DNA of 61,188 nucleotides, counting the filler, from Nemertoderma westbladi (lineage: Eukaryota > Animalia > Xenacoelomorpha), in the NCBI GenBank assembly GCA_032718475.1. It is 3 parts of 3 records of this genome, joined end to end, with 100 filler letters (N's around TTAATTAATTAA, not from the genome) between each part and the next. Parts side by side here need not be neighbours in the genome. Positions count along the whole stretch, not along the records: positions 1 to 26,153 come from JAUCBJ010003230.1; 2 more parts are not named here. The stretch is one strand, 5' to 3'. Both the position numbers and the translations under genes were made by a program. Within the stretch, counting starts at the first letter, position 1; each line of letters begins with the position of its first letter. The notes below the pieces were generated by a model. It had not been told where the DNA came from and searched no databases. It saw nothing but the letters and a program-made list of their open reading frames with translations. This document shows, in pieces, positions 1-12,800 of this stretch.

Positions 1-1382
1 ATATTGACCAGAAAAAGTGTTTTCGGGCAAAAAATTTTTTTTTGCGCAAATCGTCAAAAATTGACAAATCTCGTAAGGGGGGGTAGCACCGTGATTTTTG
101 GCCAAAAATAAAAAACGCTGAAATTTGGTGAAAAGTTGCGCAAGAATAAATGGTATAATAAGTTATTGGACCATTTTCGATAAAAACCACTTTTGGCCAA
201 TTTATGGCCAATTTAGTAAAAAAAATTGGCCCTTTTTTAAAAAAGTTTGTCCCCCCTATGGCCCCTGAAGATTAATTTTTTTTATAAAACAATGTATAGT
301 GGATTTGTAGAACTCAAAAAATCAGACAGGCTTCATTTTTTTTTTGGAGCCCCTAGACCAAGGGTTCTCGAGATATTGGCTTCCGAAAATTTGCGTTTTT
401 TGAAAAAAACTGAATTTTTGGTGGACAAAAATTTCCGTCATCCATTTACTCCGACAAAAATAGATTTCTGTGCTTAACTTTCTGTCTACAAAAGGTAGCT
501 ATTGAGTAGTACTAAAACATGTTAAAGTTTAAAAAAAAAATAAACAGAGAATTTTGAGAAAATTTATTTTCCCCAAAGTGGTTTTTTCCGATTTTGAAAT
601 TTTCCACCTTTTGTCCACCCTTTTCCCCCCCCTAAAATTGAACGAGGTCCGGATCTGAAATATTGAGCAGGTAGATCCACCTTCCCTCTATTGATTAAAA
701 GTGGAACGGTCTCGATCCGATATATAGTAAGAGAGCTAGAGCGCTTACGAAATTGGCTCAAATGGCCCAAAATTGGCGCAGTAATGTCTACGACTTGCCC
801 ATAGCCGACCACTGTATGCCTTTTGGCTGAAATTTTCAGAGAACATGCCCACAGTATAGGCGCGTTTGTAGTATAAGTTTCAACCCCATAGGCCTAAAGC
901 TCTATGAGCTAGGGGCTGCGGAATGTCGAAAATTAGCGTTTTTGATAATTTTTCTGGGAAAAATGGATTCATTTAAAAATGGCCAATTTTTGAAATCTGA
1001 AATTTTGATAGAATGTGCATCATTTATATAGCTAGAAAAAACCCACACGACATTGCGTGGTTTGTATTTGATTTTTTCGAGAAAATTGAGCCGGAATGAA
1101 AAAAAACGTGATTTTTTCAAAATTTACAATGTTTGACCTTTGACCTTTGACCCTTAAAGGTGGAATTTTTCAAAAAACGAAGCTCAACTTTTCTAACGAG
1201 CGGGATGTCTGTACGCACGCAAAATTTCAGCTTCCGAGGTTTATCCCTTCTGGGTGCTAGTACGAACTCCGCCGACAATCCTATATATAGAAACCTGTAC
1301 AGGGGAAGGTTGGCTTCCTGACTGCGGAAGCCAACAGGTTTACTCTTTATTTTTTTACTTTCTGAGAGTCCGCATATCCAAC
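1..1382. repeat. Dispersed non-coding repeat, copy A (left end outside window)
   Basis: Near-identical to 3720-5101 at offset 3719; subterminal hairpin gttggcttcc-tgactgc-ggaagccaac near 1308-1334; no credible ORF. Confidence 0.85.
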
Positions 1383-2128
1383 GAGCGGGCGGATGCTAGG
1401 AGGAGTGGGGGGGGGGGGGGGGGGTGGGGTGAGGGTGGGGGGGGGGGGGGTGGAATGTCAATGGGAAGAGTGGGGACAGACAAAAAATTGATTTAATCGA
1501 GAGATCAATGCTAACTGAAATATGGGAAGTATGAAGATATACTGTCGCGCTAATATAATATAATACAGGAATATAAAGTAAATATAAATAGTAGATGAAT
1601 GTGTGAAATGTTCAAAGAGAACCCACCATCCCTCCCAAATGAAGTAGGATATCATGATATTATAGAACATTATACCCTGATTCATTACCCATTGACTATA
1701 ACCTCTGATGAAACCCCATCTTTGTACAAACATAATTGCAGATTAAATAATAATTTAAATGACAATTTAAATTATAAATTATATAAATAAAGTACCAGTA
1801 TATGAACTGAACAATGCATATTAAACTCAAATATAAACAATTAAAGAATTAAATAAGGAACAACCCATCAAACACAAGATACGATATTCAATTCAAATAT
1901 AAATAATAATGAATTTTAACAACAAATATTGTAGGCACTTTATATAAACAAAAAGTTATCAATATTCAAAGTTTAATTATGCGACACTACCTTCAGTACC
2001 TTGTAACATAATAGTATTTGATGCATACGAAATAGCCAGCAACCCACAGTTGATCTCTCAGCAATAAAATGTTAGGCAGCCAGGCTGCGGGGGGGGGGGG
2101 GGGGGCAACTAAAGAGTTGTCATTTGCG

Positions 2129-2168
2129 CCCCAACGCACATCAACACTTGTGTTGATGTGCGTTGGGG
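2129..2168. other. Perfect 19-bp inverted repeat with 2-nt loop
   Basis: ccccaacgcacatcaacac-tt-gtgttgatgtgcgttgggg. Confidence 0.9.
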
Positions 2169-3719
2169 ATAGTTATTTTACATAATTGAATTTATTGAAT
2201 TGGATTTATTATAAAAGAACTTGACAGTATTTGCCCTTGTAGTTTATCACAAAATTTCAACATTACGAAATATGTATGATTACTTAACAACTTGCTGTTA
2301 ATACAAATGGTGAGTTGTATATAATGTGTAATGTTGTCATAATAATGTAACAATTTTGTAATAAAATATCAGAATGACAACGATTGCAAATTTGCGAAAT
2401 TAACTGAACAAATACACTAGAATATTCTCAATAAAAAATACAATATATTTGAATAATTATAAACAAATAATAAATAACGCAGGGAATGGAAGTAATCAAT
2501 AGAGGCCTATTATTAAATAAAATCCCCAAAGCTCGGATCCCACCAAATGCGTGCAGAGTACCAAAATACAACCATAATCAGTGCGGGGTTGATCTGAGTT
2601 CCTGGGTGACTAATTCAACTGAATCCCATTGCGGTACCATTCTTCTAGACCAACGGGAAGCTTTCCGTTTATCTCGCACATGTTCTAACTCACCATGAAC
2701 TGCTCTGGACTTGCCACTCACAGCCGTAACAACATGTGGGTTTACAGGATTTATATATATACCCTTTAACATCAAGGCGAACCCGGTCATATGTGACAGT
2801 AAGTAAACTTACTGGCTGAATGGGTTGAATGAACTACGTGGCACTTTACGAAAGCGAAATCCATGACACAGAATATCAGCGGTTTGTACCTAACTAAATG
2901 ATACATAACAGCTTTGGTACACCCATTATTCGTCAAACCCCAAATCGCTTTAATGATAACATCTACCCACACGAACAAATGCTGAAATGGTGGCGATTCT
3001 GGACCACAATAAAAAAATAAACCAAATAAATATAAACAAATCCTGAATCAAATACGGTTGCTGGGTATACAGTGTTCAGCCTACCTGTCTGGTATGTAGG
3101 CCTATCCATTAGCCATTATTTATGCTCAGATAATTCATTAGGCCTATATTATTATAAATTAACTTAGTCAGTTAGTAAATGTATTTAAATTCGTCACCAA
3201 CTTACTCTCCCAATATCTACACGTATCTCTGCCTATACAGGGTTGATGCTGGGCTACTACTGGCAGTCAGGAAAGGTTGGTTGGTACGTGGTTGGTTTAG
3301 CCTTCACCACAACCCCAAGGGCATAATATTCAGTATATCTCCATAGCAACCAACAATAACACCAGCATGTCCAGGAACTATCAGTGTTCCCCACCCCACT
3401 CCCTCCCTTCCCTGGCTTCTGTATGGTAAGGTTAATGACCAGGCATGTAATCACATTAGATGTGCGTCCCCATTAAAACGCTTATAACTCATGAAGAATA
3501 GTAGATACAATGATGTTATATGGCTCAAACGACTCGTATTGAACGCGCGGATGTAATAATACCAAATAGAAGATGATACGATAAAGAATAACCGATCTGG
3601 AAATTGATTAATAATATAAAAAAAGAATTTCCATTAAAAATACGGTTTTTAAAGTGCTCTAAAATTTTTTTGGTTGGGCGAAATCGAAAACGGTTTCGAT
3701 ATTTGGAATCAGCGCATCA

Positions 3720-5101
3720 ATATTAACCAGAAAAAGTGTTTTCGGGCAAAAAAATTTTTTTTGCGCAAATCGTCAAAAATTGACAAATCTCGTAAGGGGG
3801 GGTAGCACCGTGATTTTTGGCCAAAAATAAAAAACGCTGAAATTTGGTGAAAAGTTGCGCAAGAATAAATGGTATAATAAGTTATTGGACCATTTTCGAT
3901 AAAAACCACTTTTGGCCAATTTATGGCCAATTTAGTAAAAAAAATAGGCCCTTTTTTAAAAAAGTTTGTCCCCCCTATGGCCCCTGAAGATTAATTTTTT
4001 TTATAAAACAATGTATAGTGGATTTGTAGAACTCAAAAAATCAGACAGGCTTCATTTTTTTTTTGGAGCGCCTAGACCAAGGGTTCTCGAGATATTGGCT
4101 CCCGAAAATTTGCGTTTTTACAAAAAAACGGAATTTTTGACGGACAAAAATTTCCGTCGTCTATTTACTCACAGAAGGAAGGTCTTTTAGGCTTAACGTT
4201 CTCTAGGTATGTTATAGCGCTTGAGTAGCTCTATAATATATTAAAGTTTCAAAAGAAAAAAATGAACAAATTTTGAGAAAATTGATTTTCCCCAAAGTGG
4301 TTTTTTCCGATTTTGCAATTTTCCACCTTTTGTCCACCCTTTTTCCCCCCCTAAAATTGAACGAGGTCCGGATCTGAAATATTGAGCAGGTAGATCCACC
4401 TTCCCTCTATTGATTAAAAGTGGAACGGTCTCGATCCGATACATAGTAACAGAGCTAGAGCGCTTACAAAATTGGCTCAAATGGCCCAAAATTGGCGCAG
4501 TAATGTCTACGACTTGCCCATAGCCGACCACTGTATGCCTTTTGGCTGAAATTTTCAGAGAACATGCCCACAGTATAGGCGCGTTTGTAGTATAAGTTTC
4601 GACCCCATAGGCCTAAAGCTCTACGAGCTAGGGGCTGCGGAATGTCGAAAAATAGCGTTTTTGATAATTTTTCTGGGAAAAATGGATTCATTTAAAAATG
4701 GCCAATTTTTGAAATCTGAAATTTTGATAGAATGTGCATCATTTATATAGCTAGAAAAAACCCACACGACATTGCGTGGTTTGTATTTGATTTTTTCGAG
4801 AAAATTGAGCCCGAATGAAAAAAAACGTGATTTTTTCAAAATTTTCAATGTTTGACCTTTGACCTTTGACCCTTAAAGGTGGAATTTTTCAAAAAACGAA
4901 GCTCAACTTTTCTAACGGGCGGGATGTCTGTACGCACGCAAAATTTCAGCTTCCGAGCTTTATCCCTTCTGGGTGCTAGTACGAACTCCGCCGACAATCC
5001 TATATATAGAAACCTGTACAGGGGAAGGTTGGCTTCCTGACTGCGGAAGCCAACAGGTTTACTCTTTATTTTTTTACTTTCTGAGAGTCCGCATATCCAA
5101 C
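3720..5101. repeat. Dispersed non-coding repeat, copy B (possibly a non-autonomous Helentron-like element; may extend left to about 3500)
   Basis: Direct repeat of 1-1382 with the same terminal hairpin; family assignment is inference only. Confidence 0.8.
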
Positions 5102-5137
5102 AAGTTATTAGGCTTGCTATTATCATCATTCCCACTT

Positions 5138-6385
5138 GGTACTGCTACCGTAGAGGTAAGAAATGGGGCGAGCCACAACGTAGGGTACTGCTTCCATAGA
5201 AGTTAGTATGGGGCGAGCCACAATGCAGGGTACCGCTTCCATAGAGGTTAGTATGGGGCGAGCCACAACGCAGGGTACCGCTTCCATAGAGGTTAGTATG
5301 GGGCGAGCTACAACGTAGGGTACTGCTACCATATAGGTTAGTATGGGGCGAGCCACAACGTAGGGTACTGCTTCCATAGAGGTTAGTAAGGGGCGAGCCA
5401 GAACGTAGGGTACTGCTACCGTAGAGGTAAGAAATGGGGCGAGCCACAACGTAGGGTACTGCTTCCATAGAGGTTAGTATGGGGCGAGCCACAACGTAGG
5501 GTACCGCTTCCATAGAGGTTAGTATGGGGCGAGCTACAACGTAGGGTACTGCTACCATATAGGTTAGTATGGGGCGAGCCACAACGTAGGGTACTGCTTC
5601 CATAGAGGTTAGTAAGGGACGAGCCAGAACGTAGGGTACTGCTACCGTAGAGGTAAGAAATGGGGCGAGCCACAACGTAGGGTACTGCTTCCATAGAGGT
5701 TAGTATGGGGCGAGCCACAACGTAGGGTACTACTACCATATAGGTTAGTATGGGGCGAGCCAGAACGTAGGGTACTGCTACCGTAGAGGTAAGAAATGGG
5801 GCGAGCCAGAACGTAGGGTTCTGCTACCGTAGACTAGAGGTTAGAATGGGGCGAGACACAACGTAGGGTTCTGCTACCGTAGAGGTGAGAAATGGGGCGA
5901 GCCACAACGTACGGTACTGCTACCGTAGAGGTTAGTATGGGGCGAGCCACAACGTAGGGTACTGCTTCCATAGAGGTTAGTATGGGGCGAGCCACAACGT
6001 AGGGTACTGCTACCGTAGAGGTAAGAAATGGGGCGAACGACAACGTAGGGTACCGCTACCGTAGAGGTAAGAAATGGGGCGAACCACAACGTAGGGTACT
6101 GCTTCCATAGAGGTTAGTATGGGGCGAGCCACAAGGTAGGGTACTGCTTCCATAGAGGTTAGTATGGGGCGAGCCACAACGTAGGGTACTGCTTCCATAG
6201 AGGTTAGTATGGGGCGAGCCACAACGTAGGGTACTGCTACCATAGAGGTTAGTATGGGGCGAGCCACAACGTAGGGTACTGCTACCATAGAGGTTAGTAT
6301 GGGGCGAGCCACAACGTAGGGTACTGCTACCATATAGGTTAGTATGGGGCGAGACACAACGTAGGGTTCTGCTACCGTTGAGGTT
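5138..6385. repeat. 45/46-bp minisatellite (about 27 units) in the DAG1 intron
   Basis: Unit tactgcttccatagaggttagtatggggcgagccacaacgtaggg; ends about 35 bp before the acceptor at 6420. Confidence 0.95.
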
Positions 6386-6420
6386 TGTATAATATTTGTA
6401 TTATCTCTCTTACTCCACAG

Positions 6421-7647
6421 GTTACCGTGACTCCTGTTCCCGACCAATCCGGTGGTACACCGACGACGATACCCAATGGGAAGGCCAACCGGCCGCCGCA
6501 GAGAGGAAGCTACGGCTTCGATAATCCAATCGTATTCAATGAGGGCGAATACAAACGGTTTCCGATACCAATTGAGGCGTTTATAGACCCCGACGGAGAC
6601 CCCCTGGAGATATCGGTGTCCGCCAATAGCGACGACCTGCAACCAATCACGTTGCCATGGCTCCGGTACGACCGAGACGAGCGTACTCTCTACGGGATCG
6701 CGATGAACGATTACAAGGGGCAGCACCAGCTGCTCGTATCGGCCGAGGACAGCAGCCACGCGAGGGTCTTCCAGGCCTTGGTGATTGACGTAAAGCCCAA
6801 CACGAAACCAGCACCCAACCATAAGTACACGCTCACCCTCGATATGGATTACTCCCGGTTCCAGATGGATCTGGATCTCCGGATCGAGTTGATTCAACGG
6901 ATCTCCTCGGCGGTCGGCGGCCACCTCGACTCGATCACCGTGGACGGCTACCACGCGGGTTCCGTCGTCTTTATCTGGACGAACAATTCGGTGGCGGCGT
7001 CTCCGTGTCCGGTCGTTGACATCCGATCGGTGAAGGAGCGAATCCTCCCGGAGTCGGGGGGAATCTCGGAGGGATTCCTCGCGGCGTTGCGACCGGAGTT
7101 CGTCGCGATCGCAGTCCGGTTCGCCGGACTCGGAGTCTGCGAGACGGCGTTCGCTTCCGAGGTCGGAATCGTCGACGACAAGGTTGGCGCGTCGGAGAAG
7201 GAGAGCGTTGTCGGTTACTACAGTTGGGTTCATACGGTGCTCCCAGCGGCGGTGGTTGCCGCAGTGCTGCTTCTCGCCGGGTTAATCGCGTTCGCCCTCT
7301 ACCGGAAGAAACGTAACGATAAACTAACCAGCGAAGACGCGACAACCTTTATTAAACGGGGGATTCCTATAATATTCGCGGACGAGATTGAAGTTGACAG
7401 ACTCCCTCCCAGGGCCTCCAGTTCCCCCCTCATTATGCGGGAGGAACGCCCCCCACAGTGCCCCCCCAACTACCCCCGACCCTCCGCTAGTTCTCCCTTC
7501 CTCGCGTCGTCAGGCACTCCAACCTCGCCGCCTTCGGTTCGCATCCGCGATCCCTACGCCATCGTCGCGGCTCCTCTGCCCTCGCGATCCTCCGCCAGCG
7601 TTCACTCCCCTACCTACCGACATCCGCCCCCATATGTCCCGTACTGA
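6421..7647 (+). CDS. DAG1: Dystroglycan, final coding exon (cadherin-like domain, SEA-like cleavage domain, TM, cytoplasmic tail)
   Basis: Acceptor tctcttactccacag at 6420 (phase 0); AGSVVFIWTNNS (alpha/beta cleavage G|S motif); TM VHTVLPAAVVAAVLLLAGLIAFALYRKKR; TFIKRGIPIIFADE; C-terminal YRHPPPYVP PPxY motif; all closely match vertebrate beta-dystroglycan. Confidence 0.95.
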   Translation, partial: VTVTPVPDQSGGTPTTIPNGKANRPPQRGSYGFDNPIVFNEGEYKRFPIPIEAFIDPDGDPLEISVSANSDDLQPITLPWLRYDRDERTLYGIAMNDYKGQHQLLVSAEDSSHARVFQALVIDVKPNTKPAPNHKYTLTLDMDYSRFQMDLDLRIELIQRISSAVGGHLDSITVDGYHAGSVVFIWTNNSVAASPCPVVDIRSVKERILPESGGISEGFLAALRPEFVAIAVRFAGLGVCETAFASEVGIVDDKVGASEKESVVGYYSWVHTVLPAAVVAAVLLLAGLIAFALYRKKRNDKLTSEDATTFIKRGIPIIFADEIEVDRLPPRASSSPLIMREERPPQCPPNYPRPSASSPFLASSGTPTSPPSVRIRDPYAIVAAPLPSRSSASVHSPTYRHPPPYVPY

Positions 7648-7719
7648 AAGGGACAAATAGTTGGTGAGTAAATATAGTAATCATTGGGGCAAAATTGGAA
7701 ATAAAGTACCAATTTGTTC

Positions 7720-7943
7720 AAAAATTATGCGCGTAAATAAAGTAGTAATTGGGACAAAAATTTTGCGGGTAAATAAAGAAGTAATTGGGACAAAAATTTG
7801 GCGGGTAAATAAAGTAGTAATTGAGACAAAATTTTGGCGTGTAAATAAATTAGTAATTGGGACAAAAATTTGGCGGGTAAATAAAGTAGTAATTGGGACA
7901 AAAATTTGGCGTGTAAATAAAGTAGTAATTTGTACAAAAAGTT
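7720..7943. repeat. 36-bp tandem repeat (about 6 units) in the DAG1 3' region, each unit containing AATAAA
   Basis: Unit gtaaataaagtagtaattgggacaaaaatttggcgg; decayed units also near 8510-8600. Confidence 0.9.
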
Positions 7944-8071
7944 GGAATTGTCACGATTGGGGTACCTACAAATTCAATACAAAATACAGTGGTGTATTAC
8001 AGTACAGTAGTGGCGGCCCTTCGGACCTAATAATGTCGGAAATTCCTCTAAATTATCTTAGATTATGACTT

Positions 8072-8372
8072 CGGGTTAGGGTTATATGACAGTTTAAGAC
8101 CTGACCAGCTCAGATAGGGCGGGAAACTAGACGCAATAAAAATTAATCCCACTCCAGGGGAAATTCGACGCAAATAACAGCTGATTACTCTCAAAAATAA
8201 AACTGTAACCTTTTCTATTGTGTTTAGTTTATTGTTTTGGTTAAAATAACGTGCCACTGTATCCTGCTCCTTTCCCTAAATTGAGAATTTAACATTGAGG
8301 CGAGATATTAATTCGCCAAGAAGGGATTTGCGTCCAGTTTCCCCCCTGTCTCGACCAACTAACCCTAACCAA
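8072..8372. mobile_element. Small degenerate palindromic MITE-like element
   Basis: Imperfect inverted pairs ggttagggtta/taaccctaacc and ggaaactagacgcaa/ttgcgtccagtttcc; boundaries approximate. Confidence 0.45.
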
Positions 8373-9864
8373 AATAATAAACAAAATATACCCATAATAT
8401 AAATCCTCAGTAGTGTCAATAAATTCACTGTATATAAACTTTAAATTAATAAAACTTTAGTATTTTGTATTACGTATTGCATTTGTATGTACCCGAAACG
8501 TGACTGTACCAAAACGTTAGCGGGTAAATAAAGTATAAGAAAGTAGGACAAAAATTTGGCGTGTATATAAAGTATCCAATGGGACAAAAAGTTGGCGCGT
8601 AACTAAGGCAACTGGTGGGACATACCGTTTGTTTATAAATTAGATAGTGAAATTCCCGAGAAACTCAATTTAATTAGAGTAATTTATAATACTAATTTAT
8701 GTAGAAATAAATATGGGCCGAGTTATAGACTATTTTTTAATATCAACTCACTTTCGGTTCCTTTGCAGAGTTACCGAATGCCGCTCCAATTAGCTTAAAA
8801 TGGTACCGAAGAATTTGTTCCAGAATGTTCCAGCATATTTCCAGCACATCTATTGTGTTTCTGAATTTCCACATTGTGTGTCGCTGGGGCCAAACGTTTC
8901 GTGTATTTTCTAGCCAAAGAAACTTATGTTTTTTTATATATTTTTTTAAATAAATTGACTTGATGGCCGTTTCTTAGACTTTTACTATGTTACTAATTGT
9001 TTTGTTCTTCCGATGAATTTTACTTCTCAATGCTTTTTTTAGTTTGTTAATTTGTTTAGATTTGTGTTAATGTATGACGATGGTCTATTTACCTGCACAT
9101 TGTGTATCATGATGCCGTAATATTAGTATTATAGTACACCATGAACCGTAATATAGTGTCATTTTCTGATGACACGGACCCCCCCCCCCCCCCAGATTTT
9201 TCTACAAATCTTTATCATATTGCTTGAAATTTGAAACACAACTAGTTCCACTCACCGTCGTTGACCCCATGAAGCCGGAATTTTCGATTTTCCCTTTAAT
9301 TTTTTTTATAAGCGTTTTAAAAAAAGTGTCTTTTGCGAAATCGCACCCTCTGTATCATTGCCATTCTTCACTTTAGTCGTAATTTTTCACATCAATAGAA
9401 AGCTTGCGTTGCAAGGATTCCAAATATGTAACAATATCTGAATTTCGTTGAGAAGCAGCTGAGAAATCGGCGTTCAAAGATTGCAAGAATTATTGTTCAC
9501 TGCAGGCCATTTATTCTATTTAATAAATACACAATATTCTGGAACAATTTGTTTATGTATGATTAGCTACGCAATATAGATATCGTATAGGCATACCGCT
9601 GTTGCCAACCAACTCATAAAATAAATAACACGTTCTAGAATTTTGTGTATTTATTAAATAGAATAAATAATAATAATTAAAGTATTAATATATCGGAATA
9701 ATTAAATAACCATGTGTTTACTGTATATGCTCGGGTGTAGAGTTTATAACTACTTTGTAAAAAATGTAAACATTAACTCAAAACAACATTAATAGTTTAA
9801 GGTGAAATAAAGTAAAGATAACAATGAATTAAGGTAACAGTGAATGTATAAATTAAAGGGGGAG

Positions 9865-12800
9865 TTAGGGTGAGGGGTACATCTCCCTGTCCAAATCCCT
9901 GACTCCCGCCCCATCCCCGAACCCCAGACCCCTCCAGGGCCTCCTTCCACCGCGGAGGCACAGAGAGTTTGCCCTTAATAAGGCGAACTGCAGTCGCCTT
10001 CTCACAGCCCCCAGGACTGCTCCCAACCCCCGCTGCCTCATCCCCACCCTCCTCACCACCAGTGCGTCCGCGAGGTGGCGGATGAATTTCTCGCCCTCGG
10101 CGCCCCAGACTCCGTCGGTGGAGCACACGAGGGGGGTGAAGTTCATCCGCCTCGACTCACAGGGCTCCTGGTAGTGAGCCTTCTTCTCGCGTTCTTTCTG
10201 TGAGAGAAGGGTCTCCACAGAGCGGTTTGAACGAACGTAGGAGGTGGCGTCGACATTAATTACAGCGATATCGAAAGACGCCACCACCTGATTCGTCCAA
10301 ACCCCCCTGGTGACCAGGTCAGCCCGAACCCCCCCAACCGTCGTCCCCTCCGAGTCCAGGTGCCCATTCCGCAGCACCACCTCCCGCTCTACGTTCGAGT
10401 TCCCGTACGCCTCTGCGAGGAGGTCCCCAAACACGTCACGGATCTCGTTGTGACGGCGGGTGATCAACCCTCCAACCTTGCAACTGAGGGCGTGTGACGT
10501 GTCGAATGGCGCGCCGCAGCCCTCGCAGGTCAGTGGAAGGTCAGGGGGGCTCAACCCATACCGTAGCGCGAGGTTGTCGCGAAAGGACTGGGGGTCGAGG
10601 TCCGTCTGGTCCAATGGGGAAGGCTGAGCTGACAGCCACCCACCGGTCTTGAACTGGGCGGCCCGGCTTATGGGGCGATGGCGTTCACGTGGGAGTCCCG
10701 CGATGGTCTCCTCGAACGTTTCTTTGAAGTTCTCGTTTGATTCGTTGCGGCTTTCCTTCAAAGCCTCAGCTAGGCAGGACGCGTGGTCGGCAACATGCAG
10801 TCGAACGCCAGTTTTGATTGCCTCAACGACTTTCGCGGTCCCGGCAGTAGAGGCGATGTGGGCGGGCCCAGTGCGCATGATGGGGTCTCGGATTCCTAAC
10901 CCACCATGTCGGACCGGGAGCAGCAGTATTGGATCGATGGTTGGTCCGGGGGTGGATCCAAACAAAGCCGGAATGTAGCGGTTGATCAGCGCGGAAAGGA
11001 TGGGTGCTAAGTCATTCTCGTCCGGGTTGCAGACTCGCATGACATAGTCCCACTCGGACTGGAGGCATCGGCTCATCGCGGCGTGAGCAGTTTGAGGGAA
11101 CTGTTCAGCTACTTCTGCCAACGCCTCGATGCTGCGTGTCCAGCCGGCGACCTTCTCGGCGATGAATTTTAGTCTTCCCACCTGGTCGCCAACGTATCCT
11201 CCCAGAAAGCGGTGTCCGGTGACCACCTTGACTCCCGACTCTCCAAATAGATGGCGGGCTTGTTCTTCATAGCCAGGTTTCACTACTAGTTGGCTCTTCC
11301 TTGGTTCCGGGAAGTATCCAATGGAAGGACCGACTCGTTGCAGCTCTTTCCACCACCGGTGAACTGCGTCCATCTTGCCAATAGCTGAGGCATCATCTGC
11401 ATACCAACATTGGCATCGATCTGGAGGAACCATGGGTTCGTTTGCCGCTTCTGGAGGAACCGTGGGTTCTGTCACCACATCCGGAGGAATCTTGGGTTCT
11501 GTCACCACGTCCGGGGGAACTGTGGGGACAAACTGCGGGACCTGTGAAACCGTGGGGTCAAATTCCACACCCGGGACAGACATGGGGACATCAGGCGAGA
11601 GCTCGAGAACCGTGGGGACATCAACCGCACCCGGGACAACCGTGGAAAGAACCTGCGGGATCGGGGGAACCGTGGAGACAACCTGCCGGACCGGAGGAAC
11701 CATGGGGACATCAACTGCACCCATTGCAACCGTGGGGACAAACTGCGGGACCGGAGGAACCGTGGGGACAACCTGCGGGACCTGTGAAACCTTGGGGTCA
11801 AAATCAGCACCCGGGACAACTGTGGGGACATTCGGCGGGACCTGAAGAACCGTGAGGACATCAACTGCACCCGGGCCAACCGTGGAGAGAACCTGCAGGA
11901 CCGGGGGAACTGTGGGGACAACCTGCCGGACCTGAGGAACCGTGGAGACATCAAATGCACCCATGACTACCGTGGGGACAACCTGCGGGACCGGAGGAAC
12001 CGTGGGGACAACTAGTGGGGCTTGAGGAACCGCAGAAACGTCGACTGCACCCGGGACAACCTTGTGGACAACCTGCGGGACCGGAGGAACACTGGGGACA
12101 GCTTGTGGGACATGAAGAACTGTGGGGGCGACAACTCTACCCGGGACAACCGTGGGTCAGCCTGCGGGACCGGAGGAGCCGTGGGGACATCCGGCAGGAC
12201 CTGAGGAGCCGTGGGTGCCTCTGGTGGGACCTGAAGAACCGTGTGGACATCAACTGCACCCATGAGGACCGTGGGGACAACCTGCGGGACTGGAGGAACC
12301 ATGGGGACAAATAGTGGGACCAGAGGAACCATGGGGACGTCAGCTGTACCCGGGACAACCGTGGGGACTTCGGGAACCATGGGGACATCAAATGCACCCG
12401 GGACAAAAGTGGGGGCAATGGGGACCGGAGATGCCAACTCTGGGTCACCAGGGACTACTCGCAGTCCTCGGATCATAGGTATCGTGGTACACCCATATCC
12501 AAAGGTCGCGGCGGGATCCCCTTGTGTGTAGCCTTCCTTGCTGTATAGGGGTGGGCCGCCTCCCGGGAGGTAAAGGGCCGCGTGTCCATTGTAAGAGTTA
12601 AAGAGGAAACGAGAGCTCCTATGCCAGTTGATCCGGCAGTACCAGAGGGAGGCAGATCGGCTTATGGAATTGAAAGCGTTCTGTGCGTCAACAAGAAGCA
12701 TACATTCAGTGTTAACGTCATCAAAGATGTCGGTCATGGCATGGACTGCTCCCTCGATGCCCGCTTTTACGCCGGCACACAATTGGTCTGCGGCACATAC

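Noticed and set aside
247-1120. Short ORFs duplicated at 3966-4848
   Set aside because: They lie within the dispersed non-coding repeat and show no recognisable protein features
6010-7233. 407-aa minus-strand ORF
   Set aside because: Antisense shadow of the GC-rich DAG1 exon running into the minisatellite
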